Source: Azolla caroliniana (lineage: Eukaryota > Plantae > Polypodiophyta). From it: a stretch of 64,000 bases of DNA. The notes under the pieces are model-generated. The model saw nothing but the letters and a program-made list of their open reading frames with translations, did no database searches and was not told where the DNA came from. Positions 51,000 to 63,327 of the stretch are shown piece by piece. The stretch lies in the NCBI GenBank assembly GCA_043228905.1, contig JBHGNT010000011.1, positions 10,850,001-10,914,000 on the forward strand. Direction: 5' to 3'. A program made the translations under genes and the position numbers. Every line of letters begins with the position of its first letter. Position 1 is the stretch's first letter.

Positions 51000-51959
51000 A
51001 TATTTAGATAATTAACTATAGGTTAATTAGTATCTAATTATGTGAGTGGTTAAATCACATATGTGATTAAGCCACGGATGACTATGAGATATGTGTGTGT
51101 GTGTGAGAGGAAGTTAAATAAGAGATAGATGGGAATTACACTAATGAACAATTAATGGGGAATGATTAAGTTACAAAAATACGCACAATGGGGTATATAT
51201 ACATCTCATGTGCAAGGGTGCACATGTGGGAAGAGGTGTAAGTCCGATCTTAAATGGCTTTGGTAGTGAGGAATCTAGAATGTATCCCACTTAATTAGGG
51301 GGTACAAAATCCAATTTAAGGGCATATAGTCAACATACTAAAGAGGGGAATCTAGAATGTATCCCACTTAATTATGATGTAAGAAATCCCATTTCAGGGT
51401 TTAGAGTCAATATACTAAATTGGTTATATTTATGTAACAACTAAGTTACATGATTGACAAAATGAGTAAAACTAGTTGAGCTTGATATCTCAAGATGCCC
51501 CTTAGAGCTTAAGTGTGGTGTTCGGCTTTCGATGCCCCTCCCCTCAAGCTTGAGATGTCGAGTGGTCGAAGGCCTAGTGCCTTTGAAAATTGTTGAAGCT
51601 TGTTCGCTCCAAGATCTTTAGTGAAGATATCGGGCGGTGCCGATGTGTTGGAGATCAATGTCTCTCCGCAATGATGAATTCCCGAACATAGTGATAGTGC
51701 ACCTCAATGTGGTTTGTCCAGGAATGGAAGATTGGATTTTGTGCTAGTTGTATACTACTTTGATTGTCGTAGTAGATATGTATAAGTTTGTTGGCTGATT
51801 AATTAAAGTTCTTTAGTAACCACTTTAGCCAAATTACTTCACATGTGGCTATGGCCTGCGTGCCCTTATACTCGGCTCTGATGCTTGATAGTGCAATTGT
51901 TAGTTGCTTCTTCCTATACCATAAGATCACTCTATGTTTGAGTGAGAAGACGAAGCTGG
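51000..51959 (-). mobile_element. Degenerate Copia 3' end (RNase H, PPT, LTR remnant; left boundary uncertain)
   Basis: FVFSL..RKKQLTIALSS..AEY, HIEVHYHYVRE, DIFTK; PPT AAGGGGCA and LTR start T(C)TTGAGATATCAAGCTCAAC at ~51495. Confidence 0.7.
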
Positions 51960-52338
51960 TGTCGTGTGGTTCTTCACACACGATATGAAAAATAATGAAA
52001 TAATTATTCTAGATTAGCTTAATGGTTTGGTATGAAAAGATGGACATGTTCAAGAGCTTCCAAACACATTTTACTACATATGAAACGGACAACTAAGTAT
52101 CAAGTTAGGTGAGTATGAAGTTTGAGAAGATGGGGGGAACAGAACTGCAAGATATCCCACATAGATAGGACAACGTCGGATCCAACAGTATATAAAAAGA
52201 CCTGGAACCCATTACTTCATATGTGTGTTTGGAGAATAGAATGGTAAGGGTGATTTAGGTTGAACTGTCCAAACATACGGATGTGGACGAATTGCCAAGA
52301 TGTTTGAGTGTGGATGAATTGCCGTTGGTCAATCACGG
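51960..52338 (+). repeat. Truncated Gypsy LTR (related family) into which G3 inserted
   Basis: Starts TGTCGTGTGG exactly where the Copia RNase H is cut; similar to the start of 4596-5435 and to parts of the G3 LTR. Confidence 0.55.
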
Positions 52339-53326
52339 TGTCATGAAGATTTTCAGTGATAGTGTGAAACTTATAAGGAACATACGAAATCGAGTGTGGT
52401 TCTTCTTGCGAAATATAAAACAATAATAGTAAAGATACTATTTTAAATAAGTTTAATATCTCGGTACAAAAAGATGGAGGTCTTGAAGAGGTTTTGAATG
52501 TACTTTACTATGTAGGAAATGGACATCTAAGTGTCAAGTAATGTGGGTATGAAGTTTGCAAAGAAGAAGAGGAAAATATGTGATATCCCGCATAGACAGG
52601 ACAAATAAAGATCCCACCATATATAAGGCAGAGCAAAAGCTATTATCTTTGTGTTTATGTGTGGAGTATAGAATGGTTAAGTTGTATGACTTAACAAATG
52701 GAAGTAGCCAAATGCATATAACTATGTGTTTTGGAGAAATCCGGCGACGACGACCGACGGAGCCGGCGAAACGATGACTGGACGGAGAAATGCCTTGTAA
52801 AAGTACATTAATAATAAACATATATAGGTCTATAGACTTACCACTAGGCTATGACATTTCCTTAAAAATATTTTTGTTATCATTATAGTTTTACATGTAA
52901 ATTCTTATATTAGAGCTTGATTGAGTGACATGTGATGCATGAGCGCCAAATGGCAAACATGCATCACATGCATTCCATGCATTGTATGCATGTCTTGTAC
53001 TCGCCTGCATCATATGCATGGGAGCATCTATAAAAGGATGGATGAAAAAGATCAAAAGTATGCTATGTATGATTCAAGAATTTAAGAAGAAGAAAATTCG
53101 TTCTCCAGTTGATGGTGTATCTTGTTTCTTAAATCGAAAGTCAAGGGTCCAATCTTAAGCTCTCTCTCAATCTAAAATTAAGTGTTTTATCTTATCTCAA
53201 TCTCTCTCTCTTCCAATCTCTCTTAATTCCTTTCTTGCTAAAGCTAGTGCAACTTCGAATCCTTCCGGTCCAGAACCCTGGCGGTTCCGCCTCGCAATCC
53301 GCACGTAGTGACGGATCTTCACGACA
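52339..53326 (+). repeat. 5' LTR of G3
   Basis: Matches 58951-59350 and 63795-64000; ends CACGACA before the PBS. Confidence 0.9.
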
Positions 53327-53391
53327 TAATTAAGTGGTGAACCCGACGTGAAAGAGGCGGTAGGAAGGAAGGATCAAGTCGAGACCAATAC

Positions 53392-56300
53392 TTGGAGATG
53401 GCGTCCTCAAGCAATCAAGCGGGAGACTTCGAAAGGATGATGTTGATCGTCGAACAAATGATGAGATCTCGATACAACGATGCGAGCGTGGAGAAGGCCT
53501 TCGACCGTGTCGTAGAGCTCGAGGGTCAATTCGACGGAAGGAACATTACGAAGTTCCTTGATGCATACAAAAGGGAGATGAATCAAAGGGACGTGTCTGA
53601 AGCACGGGAAATCACAAGTTTCAAGAGAGTGGTTGCCAACAACATCCAAAGACGTGTCATCGAACTTCAAGAAGGGAAGACAACGTGGTCGGAGTTCGAG
53701 AAAGCGATATTAGCGGAGTTCGTGACGGAAGATTTGTCGAGGATGACTCGACATGCCTTGATGAAGTGGATAGAAAAGAAGAATTAGAAGATGAGCGCTT
53801 TGAGGGTGTACGACGAATTCCACCAAATGTTTCGTCGTCTCCCCGCCATAGGCCAAGTGCTACTTGAGGAGGACAAAACTTTGTACTTCCTAAAGGCTAT
53901 GGATATAAAGGATAAACGAGAACTGGATACTCTCCCCGAAGATGATACCCAAGCGAACGGGCTTGTGGCGGACTGGGTCGCGGTGAAGCGAGCATGCAAT
54001 AGGCTCGACAAGCATCGTCAGTGGGTTGATGACACCGACTTGGAGGGATCGATTGTCGCGGAGAAAACTAGACAACCGAAAGTAGCTGAGCCGCCCAAAC
54101 AAAGCAACCCGGAAGAAAAGAAGATTGATGACGACATCATCAAAGAGCTAGCAAAGAAGTTCGAGATGGTCACGCTAGCCAACATGAATCGTCGGGGCCC
54201 CAAAGGCAAAGAACCCTTTAGATGCGTGTGGTGCGATAGCATGGACCACATGAGAAGGGATTGCGCGAGCCTTCGAGAGGTGATCTGACAAAATATCGTA
54301 TACATAGATGACAACATGATTTTCTTGACTGAAACTCGAAGACCCCTGCGGGCGAATTTCGGAAGAGGAGGAATGAAGAAATCTATGGAAGATGTTGAGG
54401 CGACTCATGTGGATGCGATGCACTATGCTGCAATAGTTGGAATAAGAGTCAGGAAAGACAAAAATGAAGCTGCGAAAGTGGGAGCAAAGTTTTGGTCTTT
54501 CGTTCTCGAGTATGAGAAGATGGGGAAGGTCACATCAAACGAGGTAGAGCTTGGGGATTGAAGCATGCAAAACATAACCGGGTGGTCGGATCCGGTGGAT
54601 GACAACACCATACTCACGGAAGTGATATGCGACAACCACGAGGTGTTCGTCGAAGAAAAGAGGAAAAGAATAGAAGAGCAAGGCCCATCAAAAAGACATG
54701 AAACAAGGAACGCAAAAAAGAAAGAAGATGCAGAGACGAGTCGACCCTTGCAAATGGAGGAAGGAGACGCAAGCTGAAAAGCGGAGTCAAGCAAACGAGT
54801 CGAAGAAACAATTCAGCCCGTGAAGATTGGTATCGAAGACCCCGCTCTAAAGACAAGGACTATGCCTACCTATAAGCTAAGGTCAGACATAGAGCAGACG
54901 ACAGACCTAAAGAAGATTCTCGAGGAACGCGTTCTTGATAGCCACGTGATTTTGTCCTTGTGGGAATTACTCGGCATTACGAAGGAGTTCCACGACACGA
55001 TTGTGGACCTTGTAAAACGAAAAAGGCAACAATCGGACGAAGAAGAAGAGAAGCCACTAAAAGCGAAAGCAAATGCCATAACGATGGCAAGAGACGAAGT
55101 CGATGAAGAAATGGTGGACAACCACTATACTCGACCTCATTGGGCACACGCGACAACAGAGACGCCAGTGAAGATCGGGGAGAAGAAAGAGACCGTGGTA
55201 GCCTTGATCGACCACGGCTCGGAGATCAACCTCATGTCAACCGACTTCTACAAAAAAGGAAGATGGCCAATCATACAAATCACGGATGGAAGATTCACGT
55301 GGCAACAAAGACTACGGAGGACTTGTACGGAGCTTGTCCCAATGTTAAAGTCGCGATCGGGGATGTGGAGATGGATCAACATTTCTTCGTGCAAGAATCG
55401 GCGTCGCATCCTATCATCCTAGGACAACTGTATATCACATCATCTCGTATGGAAACCAAAGTGTTCGACAATGGTGTGGCGTTTGCTCGAATGAAGAGTC
55501 TTGAAAACCAAAGATTTGTTCAATTCCTAACGGTGCGAGCTAATCATGAAAGAAATCGAGACAGTCTTGGAGGCGAATCCTTGGATTTTTAGAGCGGACT
55601 ATTGAAGCATGGGGCACAAATAGTCCGAGCGATCACAAGTCCCCACAAGAAAGAAGAACGCGTGGATTGCGAGGAGAAGCAACATGTGTCACATGTAGTG
55701 GCACATGTAAACTAGTACTACCCAACAAGAAGGACAAGCGTCGGATACAAGAATTTGAGAAGATGTTGAAAGAAGAAAACATAATAGAAGAAGAAGAGTT
55801 CATGACTCATATTATGGAAGAAGCCTCATTTAACGACACCATCGGCGAAATCGAGGACGTCGTGGACTTGAGCTATCTTCATGACCAACGCGTGATTTCG
55901 GTTAACTCCATCAACATGTACGCTATCATCGATTAATACTATCATGGCATCTTGATGGAGGAACCTGAAGTCAACATAAAATATAAAACGGTGGATAAGA
56001 AGATCAAGCCAGTTGCGGTTCCGCTACCGGAAGATAGCTGGCAAAAGATGAAGGAAGTCGCTAATGATCCAAGCTTAAGAGATCCGAAGACGATAGGTCA
56101 TATCTTCACTGAAGAAACAAAAGGAAAGTTACGAGTTGGAAGGGAGGATTTCCTCCTCCCTGAAGAAGAGCGAATGTTTCCCGACATGCTTGAGAGATAT
56201 GGGAAGGCTTTCACATTTTTCCCACAAGAAATTGGATGTGCTGATCCAAGGACGATAGAGCCGATGGTGATCTTCACGGTACCGCACGTACCTTGGAATT

Positions 56301-58852
56301 TGAAACCGATACCGGTTCCGAGAGCACACCTACCGAAGCTGATTGAGCTCTTAAAGGAGAAGGTGAATATGGGAATTCTGGAACCGTTGAATGCTCCTTA
56401 CTCTAATAGGTGGTTCACGGTGCCGAAGAAGAATGGATCATTGCAATTCATCCAAGATCTTCAACCCGTCAACAAGGTGACAATTCGGAATGCTGGAATC
56501 GGTCTGAGCGTGGACGAATTTGCCGAAGCGTTTGTAGGGCGGTCCATCTACTCCATTGGCGATCTCTACTCTGGATACGACCAATTCCAATTGGCGATCG
56601 ACTGTCGTGACATTACAACCATGAGGACTCCGATCAGGCTCGTGCAGATGTGTACCTTACCTCAAGGTGCAACGAACTCGATGGCACATATGGTGAATGC
56701 CATGAACAAGGTCTTGAAGGATTGCATCCCAGACATCATGATGTCGTTCTTGGATGATATTTCGATAAAAGGATGTTTGGATGAGGAGAAAGATGAATCG
56801 AAAGATAAGGAAGGGTGTAGAAAGTTTGTCGCGGATCATATGAAAGATTGTGAGAAGGTGCTCCAAAGGCTCGAAGATGCGAATTTGACATTTTCGGGAG
56901 GAAAATCCGCATTCGGGCAACCAGAGATCTTGGTGGTAGGTCACTTGTGCGGAGCATATGGCCGGAAGCCTTCGCCATCCAAGGTGAACACGATCTAGGA
57001 TATGAAAGAAGAATGCGCAAACCAAACAGAGGTTCGAAGGTTCCTTGGAGCATGCGCATTTTATCATATCTGGATTCCACACTACGCCCATGTCACCGAG
57101 CCTTTATATGGATTGCTAAAGAAAAGAATGATGTTTGAATGGCGAGACGAGCACACAAATGTGATGCAAAGATTGAAGAAACTACTTCTTGAAGCTCCAA
57201 CATTAAGAAAGGCTGACTAAACCCTAAACCGGATCGGAAGTAATAATTGAGACAGATTGTCTCCCAATCCTCAGGATGATCTCAGGATGTGCGACACTAG
57301 ATCTAGCTATGCTAAGGTGGATCGCCTATATTAAGTCTTTAAAGCCAGAGATCTGCCATATTACAGGGAAGAAAAACGCCATGGCTGACATGCTGTCGAG
57401 GGTAAGATTTGAGAATGAAGGTGACATGGTTTCGGAAGATGAAGACGTCACCCTCGACTTCTTCAAGATGGCTCCACTATCGGCGGAAGACAAGGGCACG
57501 CTAACCCTCCACGCCTTCAACGAGGAAGAGTACGAAGGGGAGTGGTTACAAATTGGTAGATTCCTAAGAACGATGACGATGGATGCTTCGTTGACAAAGG
57601 AGGAGGCCCTACGAATCCAGAAGAAAGCCTACCAATACTTCTTGAAGGGAGGATTCCTTTGGCGACACCCAAAAAGAAGGATAGGAATACCACGTCGAGT
57701 GGTGGTGAAGAAAGAAGAGCAAGTGACACTAATGATCGAATTCCACGAGAGTGCCTGGGCATGTCATAGAGGAACAAGGGCGACGTTCAAGAAGTTGAAG
57801 GAGAGGTACTGGTGGGCAAGCATGTACAAAGATGTACTCCATTTCGTGTCCACATGCGAAACATGCCAAGTACATTCGAATATACGTCATCGTGATGAGC
57901 TATGACCGACATACCCGCTCACCATACACTTCAAATGGATGGTGGATCTGGTCTCAATGCCAATGGGAGTGGGACAAATGAAGTACTTAGCTCTGGCAAG
58001 AGAAGAGTTGACAAATCAAGTCGAAGGACAGGCCTTGACAAATAAAACGACATCGGATGTTTGCAAATTTCTACTTGAAGAGGTTGTTTGTCGATACAGA
58101 TGTGTGGGAAAGATAGTTGCTAACCAAGGGTAGTTGGATGCACATGAAGCAACGGAGCTCTTCGAACGACTAGGCGTGAAGCTCTCCCTCACGATTGCCT
58201 ACAATCCAGAAGCGAATGGGAAGATCGAGCGAGGGCATGGACCTATTGTCAAAGCCATCGTACGAGCATGCAACGGTTGAGTTGGGAATTGACACGACTA
58301 TTGCCCTATGCCTTGTGGGCCGATAGAACAGCACACAGCTCGGTGACAGGGTATATGCCAACGGAGCTTATATATGGACAAAAGCCAGCGATGCCCATCG
58401 AAAGGACGATTGCCTCATGGGTAGCGATACCATGGGAGAACGAGATGAGCCGAGAAGAATTATTAGCGGCATGGATAAGGAAACTTGAAAGGAGACCTGA
58501 AGATCTAGAACATGCGCCAAAAATGGAGGCAGCCTGAGTGAAGAACAAAATTTGGTTCGATAAGACGCATCGACTGCGTCCCAAGAAGATCGAAGAAGGA
58601 GATTGGGTATTGGTCTACAACAATAGCCATGACAATCAACACAGTACAACAAGGAAGTTCGCAAGAAGATGGTTTGGACCGTATAAAGTGATAAGTGCCA
58701 ATGACAATGCAACATACCACCTTGCGGAGCTAGATGGATCAAGATTGGCCATACCCATTGCGGGGAAAAGAGTAAAGATTTTCAAGAAAAGACAAGACAA
58801 GGATCCTAACCTCGATCACCTCGACGATGAAGGTAAAATAGGGCGGATGTGA
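53392..58852 (+). pseudogene. G3 gag-PR and pol, multiple stops and frameshifts
   Basis: Collinear ORF fragments homologous to the G1/G2 proteins. Confidence 0.9.
55583..55646 (+). promoter_or_regulatory. Putative -1 frameshift signal (GGAUUUU + pseudoknot) of G3
   Basis: GGATTTT-TAG-AG-CGGACTAT-TGAAGCA-TGGGG-CACAA-ATAGTCCG-N13-CCCCA. Confidence 0.8.
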
Positions 58853-59409
58853 ATGAAGATGTGGAAGAATATGATTGATAACCATCGCTGAAATCTTGCA
58901 CTCTCTCTTCTTGGCACGTACCAGAGGACGTGCGGTTTGGTGGGGGTGGATGTTGTGAAGATTTTCGGCGATAGTGTGAAACTTGTAAGGAACATACAAA
59001 ATCGAGTGTGATTCTTCTCGCGAAATATAAAACAATAATAGTAAAGATACTATTTTAAATAAGTTTAATATCTTGGTACAAAAAGATGGAGGTCTTGAAG
59101 AGGTTCTAAATGTACTTTACTACGTAGGAAACAGACATCTAAGTGTCAAGTTATCTGAGTATGAAGTTTGCAAAGAAGAAGAGGAAAATATGTGATATCC
59201 CACATCGACAGGACAAATAAAGATCCCACCATATATAAGGCAGAGCAAAAGCTATTACCTTTGTGTTTATGTGTGGAGTATAGAATGGTTAAGTTGTATG
59301 ACTTAACAAATGGATGTAGGCAAATGCATATAACTATGTGTTTTGGATGATGTTGGGAGACAGGTCCCTCCGGATGGGAAGGGAGAAGTACAATGCCGAT
59401 GAACAAACT

Positions 59410-59895
59410 CGGATGAGGAGTACCCGGCTACGAAGAGCCGGATGATACAGACCCGATGAAGACCGGATGAGGAGCACCCGGCTACGGAGAGCCGGATGAT
59501 ACAGACCCGGTGAGGACCGGATGAGGAGCACCCGGCTACGGAGAGCCGGATGATACAGACCCGGTGAAGACCGGATGAGGAGCACCCGACTACGGAGAGC
59601 CGGATGGTACAGACCCGGTGAAGACCGGATGAGGAGCACCCGGCTACGGAGAGCCGGATGGTACAGACCCGGTGAAGACCGGATGAGGAGCACCCGGCTA
59701 CGGAGAGCCGAATGATACAGACCCGGTGAAGACCGGATGAGGAGCACCCGGCTACGAAGAGCCGGATGATACAGACCCGGTGAAGACTGGATGAGGAGCA
59801 CCCGGCTATGGAGAGCCGGATGGTACAGACCCGGTGAAGACCGGATGAGAAGCACCCGGCTACGGAGATCCGGATGATGCAGGTCCGGTGAGGAG
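59410..59895 (+). repeat. 54-bp minisatellite, 9 units, in the 5' LTR of Copia F
   Basis: cggatgaggagcacccggctacggagagccggatg(a/g)tacagacccggtgaagac recurs every 54 bp from 59410 to 59842. Confidence 0.95.
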
Positions 59896-62800
59896 TGCTC
59901 TCCGGATGAAGAGACATATTCGTAAATATGTTTCTGAAAGTCCATCGTGGCTATATTTGTAAATAGCCGAAAAGTCATATTAGTATAAATATGACTTAGG
60001 GCAAACTTTTGTGGTTGTTGTTGTCATTGTTGTCTGCGCGAGATCGGAGCGCGTAACTGTGTACAGAGAGAGTGAGAGAGAGGAAGAGGTCGTTGCCTCA
60101 GTTGTAACCGCCGCATGTGGCGAAGATCGTGAGCACGAGGTCGTTGCCTCCGTGAACTCACTGTTGTACATTCTAACATAGTGATAGTTTGCAGCCTGTG
60201 GGCTGCCGTGGTTTTTCCCTCAGTTTGGGTTTTCCACGTAAACATCTTGTGTACTCTTCTCCTCTTTGTGTCGTGCATTTATTTCCCGTTTTCTGCGTAT
60301 GATTCTAAGCTCGGTTGTGGCCGAGCGCTGCGCATAAGGAACAATTAGTTCACGTCAAGTGGTATCAGAGCAAAACGACACAGAAAATGGACGAATCGTT
60401 GGGCGGCATGTTCAAGCTCACCGGCTCCAACTATTCAGTGTGGAAGTCGAAGATGAGGGATATGCTCGTGGTTAAAGATCTTTGGTTACCGGTTCAGTTC
60501 GGGGACAAGAGACCGGACAAGATCGACGCCACAATATGGGAGGTGATGCACATGAAGACAACGGAGTACATACGGTGCTTCATCGACATGAGCCTATACA
60601 ACAACTTCAATGAAGAGAGCAAGGCTCATGAGCTCTGGGAGAAGATCGGCATAATGTTTCAAAACAAAAATGTTGTTAACCAGGTTTCGGTATTCCGGAA
60701 GCTAGTAAGACTCCGGTACCAAGATGGCTCCAGCATGGCAGAGCACATGAATGCCCTCCAGGGGCTGATCCACCAGGCAACTTCATTGGAAGTACCTCTC
60801 GCCGATGAGGTACTAGCACTACTCCTGCTCGGTTCCCTCCCGGATAGCTAGGAGACGTTGGTTGTCACTTTGGGCAATGCCGGGCCGGAAGGAAAGCGGT
60901 TATCCCTAGCAAGAGTAAAGTCGAGCTTGCTAGATGAGGAGGCGCGTCGGAAAGACAAAGATACGATCTCCGGCCCCAAAGCGCTCCTTACCGAATCGGA
61001 ACGCGGAAGACATAGAAACCGTAGTCCCCAGAACCGGGAGAAGTCGGGGACACGGTCAAAGTCAAGGGGAAGACCCACTTGCTTCTATTGCGGCAAGCCG
61101 GGACACTTCCAGAAGAACTGTCGGCATTTCCGAAAGGATAAGGAGACCAATGGTACTGATTCGAAGCGGACCCCGGACCGGAACTGTAAAGACCGGAGGG
61201 GGCCGTACCGGAAGGGAACGACGGCAATCGCGGCAAGTGAAGAGGAGTTGATGCTCATCACCGAGGAGAGTGAGATAAACCTTGCCGGCGACAAGATGAC
61301 CTGGGTGGTAGACTCCTGAGTGTCGTTCCACCTTACCCCGGACCGGAAATGCTTCTCATCCTACTAAGCCGGTTATCACGGTTGTGTCCGGATGGGGAAT
61401 GAAGGTACATGCTGAATTGTCGGCATAGGAGACGTGTGGCTGTCAACACCAACTGGATGCAAGTTGTTGCTGAAGGATGTTTGACACGTTCCGGAAGTTT
61501 GTCTGAACTTGATATCAGCCGGTCGGCTAGATGATGAAGGCTACACGGGTAGCATCCGAAACGGTGTCATGAAGTTCAGCAAGGGGAGCCTGATTGTGGC
61601 TCGGGCTCGGAAGGTCAACACTCTGTACCTGATGAATGCCCGGTTATGTCTGGAGGAAGTGAACGTGGCATCCGACACTGCCGGTGAGCTATGGCACAAG
61701 AGGTTGTGTCACATGAGCGAGAAGGGGATGAAGAGGCTTGCAGAAGACAACCTCATTCCAGTGAAGAACGTGCACTTGGAGAAGTGCACTTATTGTCTGG
61801 CCGGTAAGCAAAACCGGACCTCCTTCCGACCAAGGCCACCGATGAGACGCAATGCACCACTGATCAATGGTACCACAAGACGCAGGCCGATCACTGCGTG
61901 TTTGTGAAGAAGTTCGAAGGAGGCGACTTCCTGATACTCCTTCTGTACGTGGACGACCTGTTGATCGTCGGACGGGACCAAGTCAAAATACGGCTGCTGA
62001 AGAAGGCTCTCAACCGGACCTTCTCAATGAAAGACTTGGGTCCGGCAAGACAGATGCTGGGGATGCATATTATCCGGAACCGGTCAACGAAGCAATTATG
62101 GCTGTCACAGGAAAAGTACGTGACAAAGGCGCTTCACCGGTTCAACATGTCAGATGCGAAACCGGTCGGATCGACACTTCCGGAAAACTGCAGGTTATCC
62201 GATAAGCAAAGCCCGAAGACGAAAGTAGAGAAGGCGGATATGATGAAGATTCCATATGCCTCTGCCGTTGGGAGCTTGATGTACGCAATGGTGTGTACCC
62301 GACCGGATATAGGATACGCAATCGGAGTGGTGTCGGAGTGGTGAGCCGGTTTATGAGCAATCCCGGCAAGGAGCACTGGAACGCGGTCAAATGGATACTC
62401 TGATATTTGAAGGGCACTTCAAATATGTGTCTCCGATTCGGCTCCAGAAAACCTCAACTGGACGGTTTCACCGATTCGGACATGTCGGCTGATGTGGATA
62501 CCAGCCGGTCTACATCCGGGTATGTAATGACATATGTAGGGGGAGCTGTTTCGTGGCAGTCGAGTCTGCAGAAGACGGTTGCATTGTCAACCACGGAGGC
62601 GGAGTACATGGCGGTTGTGGAAGCCGGCAAGGAAATATTATGGATGAAGGACTTCATCGGAGAGCTCGGTATCCGGCAAGATGAATACCGGCTCTATTGC
62701 GATAGTCAAAGTGCCATCCACCTTGCTAAGAATGCGGCCTACCATTCCCGGACGAAGCATATCCAACGAAGGTATCATTGGATCCGGGAGAGAATAGATG

Positions 62801-63003
62801 ACCAGGAGTTCGCGCTGACGAAGATCCACACGACCGAGAACGGGTAAGATATGCTGACCAAAGTGTTGATACCCGACAAGCTGGATGCATGCCGGAAGAG
62901 GATCGGACTGGTAAGACACCCCATGCCGGAGTGAAGGGGGGGTTTGTTGGGAGACAGGTCCCTCCGGATGGGAAGGGAGAAGTACAGTGCCGATGAACAA
63001 ACT

Positions 63004-63327
63004 CGGATGAGGAGTACCCGGCTACGGAGAGCTAGATGGTACAGACCCGGTGAAGACCGGATGAGGAGCACCCGGCTACGGAGAGCCGGATGGTACAGAC
63101 CCGGTGAAGACCGGATGAGGAGCACCCTGCTACGGAGAGCCGGATGGTACAGACCCGGTGAAGACCGGATGAGGAGTACCTGGCTACGGAGAGCCGGATG
63201 ATACAGACCCGATGAAGACCGAATGAGGAGCACCCGGTTACGTAGAGCCGGATGGTACAGACCCGGTGAAGACCGGATGAGGAGTACCCGACTACGGAGA
63301 TTCGGATGATGCAGGCCCGGTGAGGAG
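63004..63327 (+). repeat. 54-bp minisatellite, 6 units, in the 3' LTR of Copia F
   Basis: Same unit every 54 bp from 63004 to 63274. Confidence 0.95.

Noticed and set aside
59410-59895. CRISPR-like regularly spaced repeat array
   Set aside because: The units are contiguous and near-identical with no unique spacers, there are no cas genes, and the context is a eukaryotic LTR.
59303-59978. Long repetitive antisense ORFs (204-214 aa) in the Copia F LTRs, also 62775-63410 and the plus-strand ORFs at 21105-21586
   Set aside because: They arise because the 54/51-bp units are multiples of three and lack stops in some frames; the long open frames are not maintained between the 54-bp and 51-bp variants.
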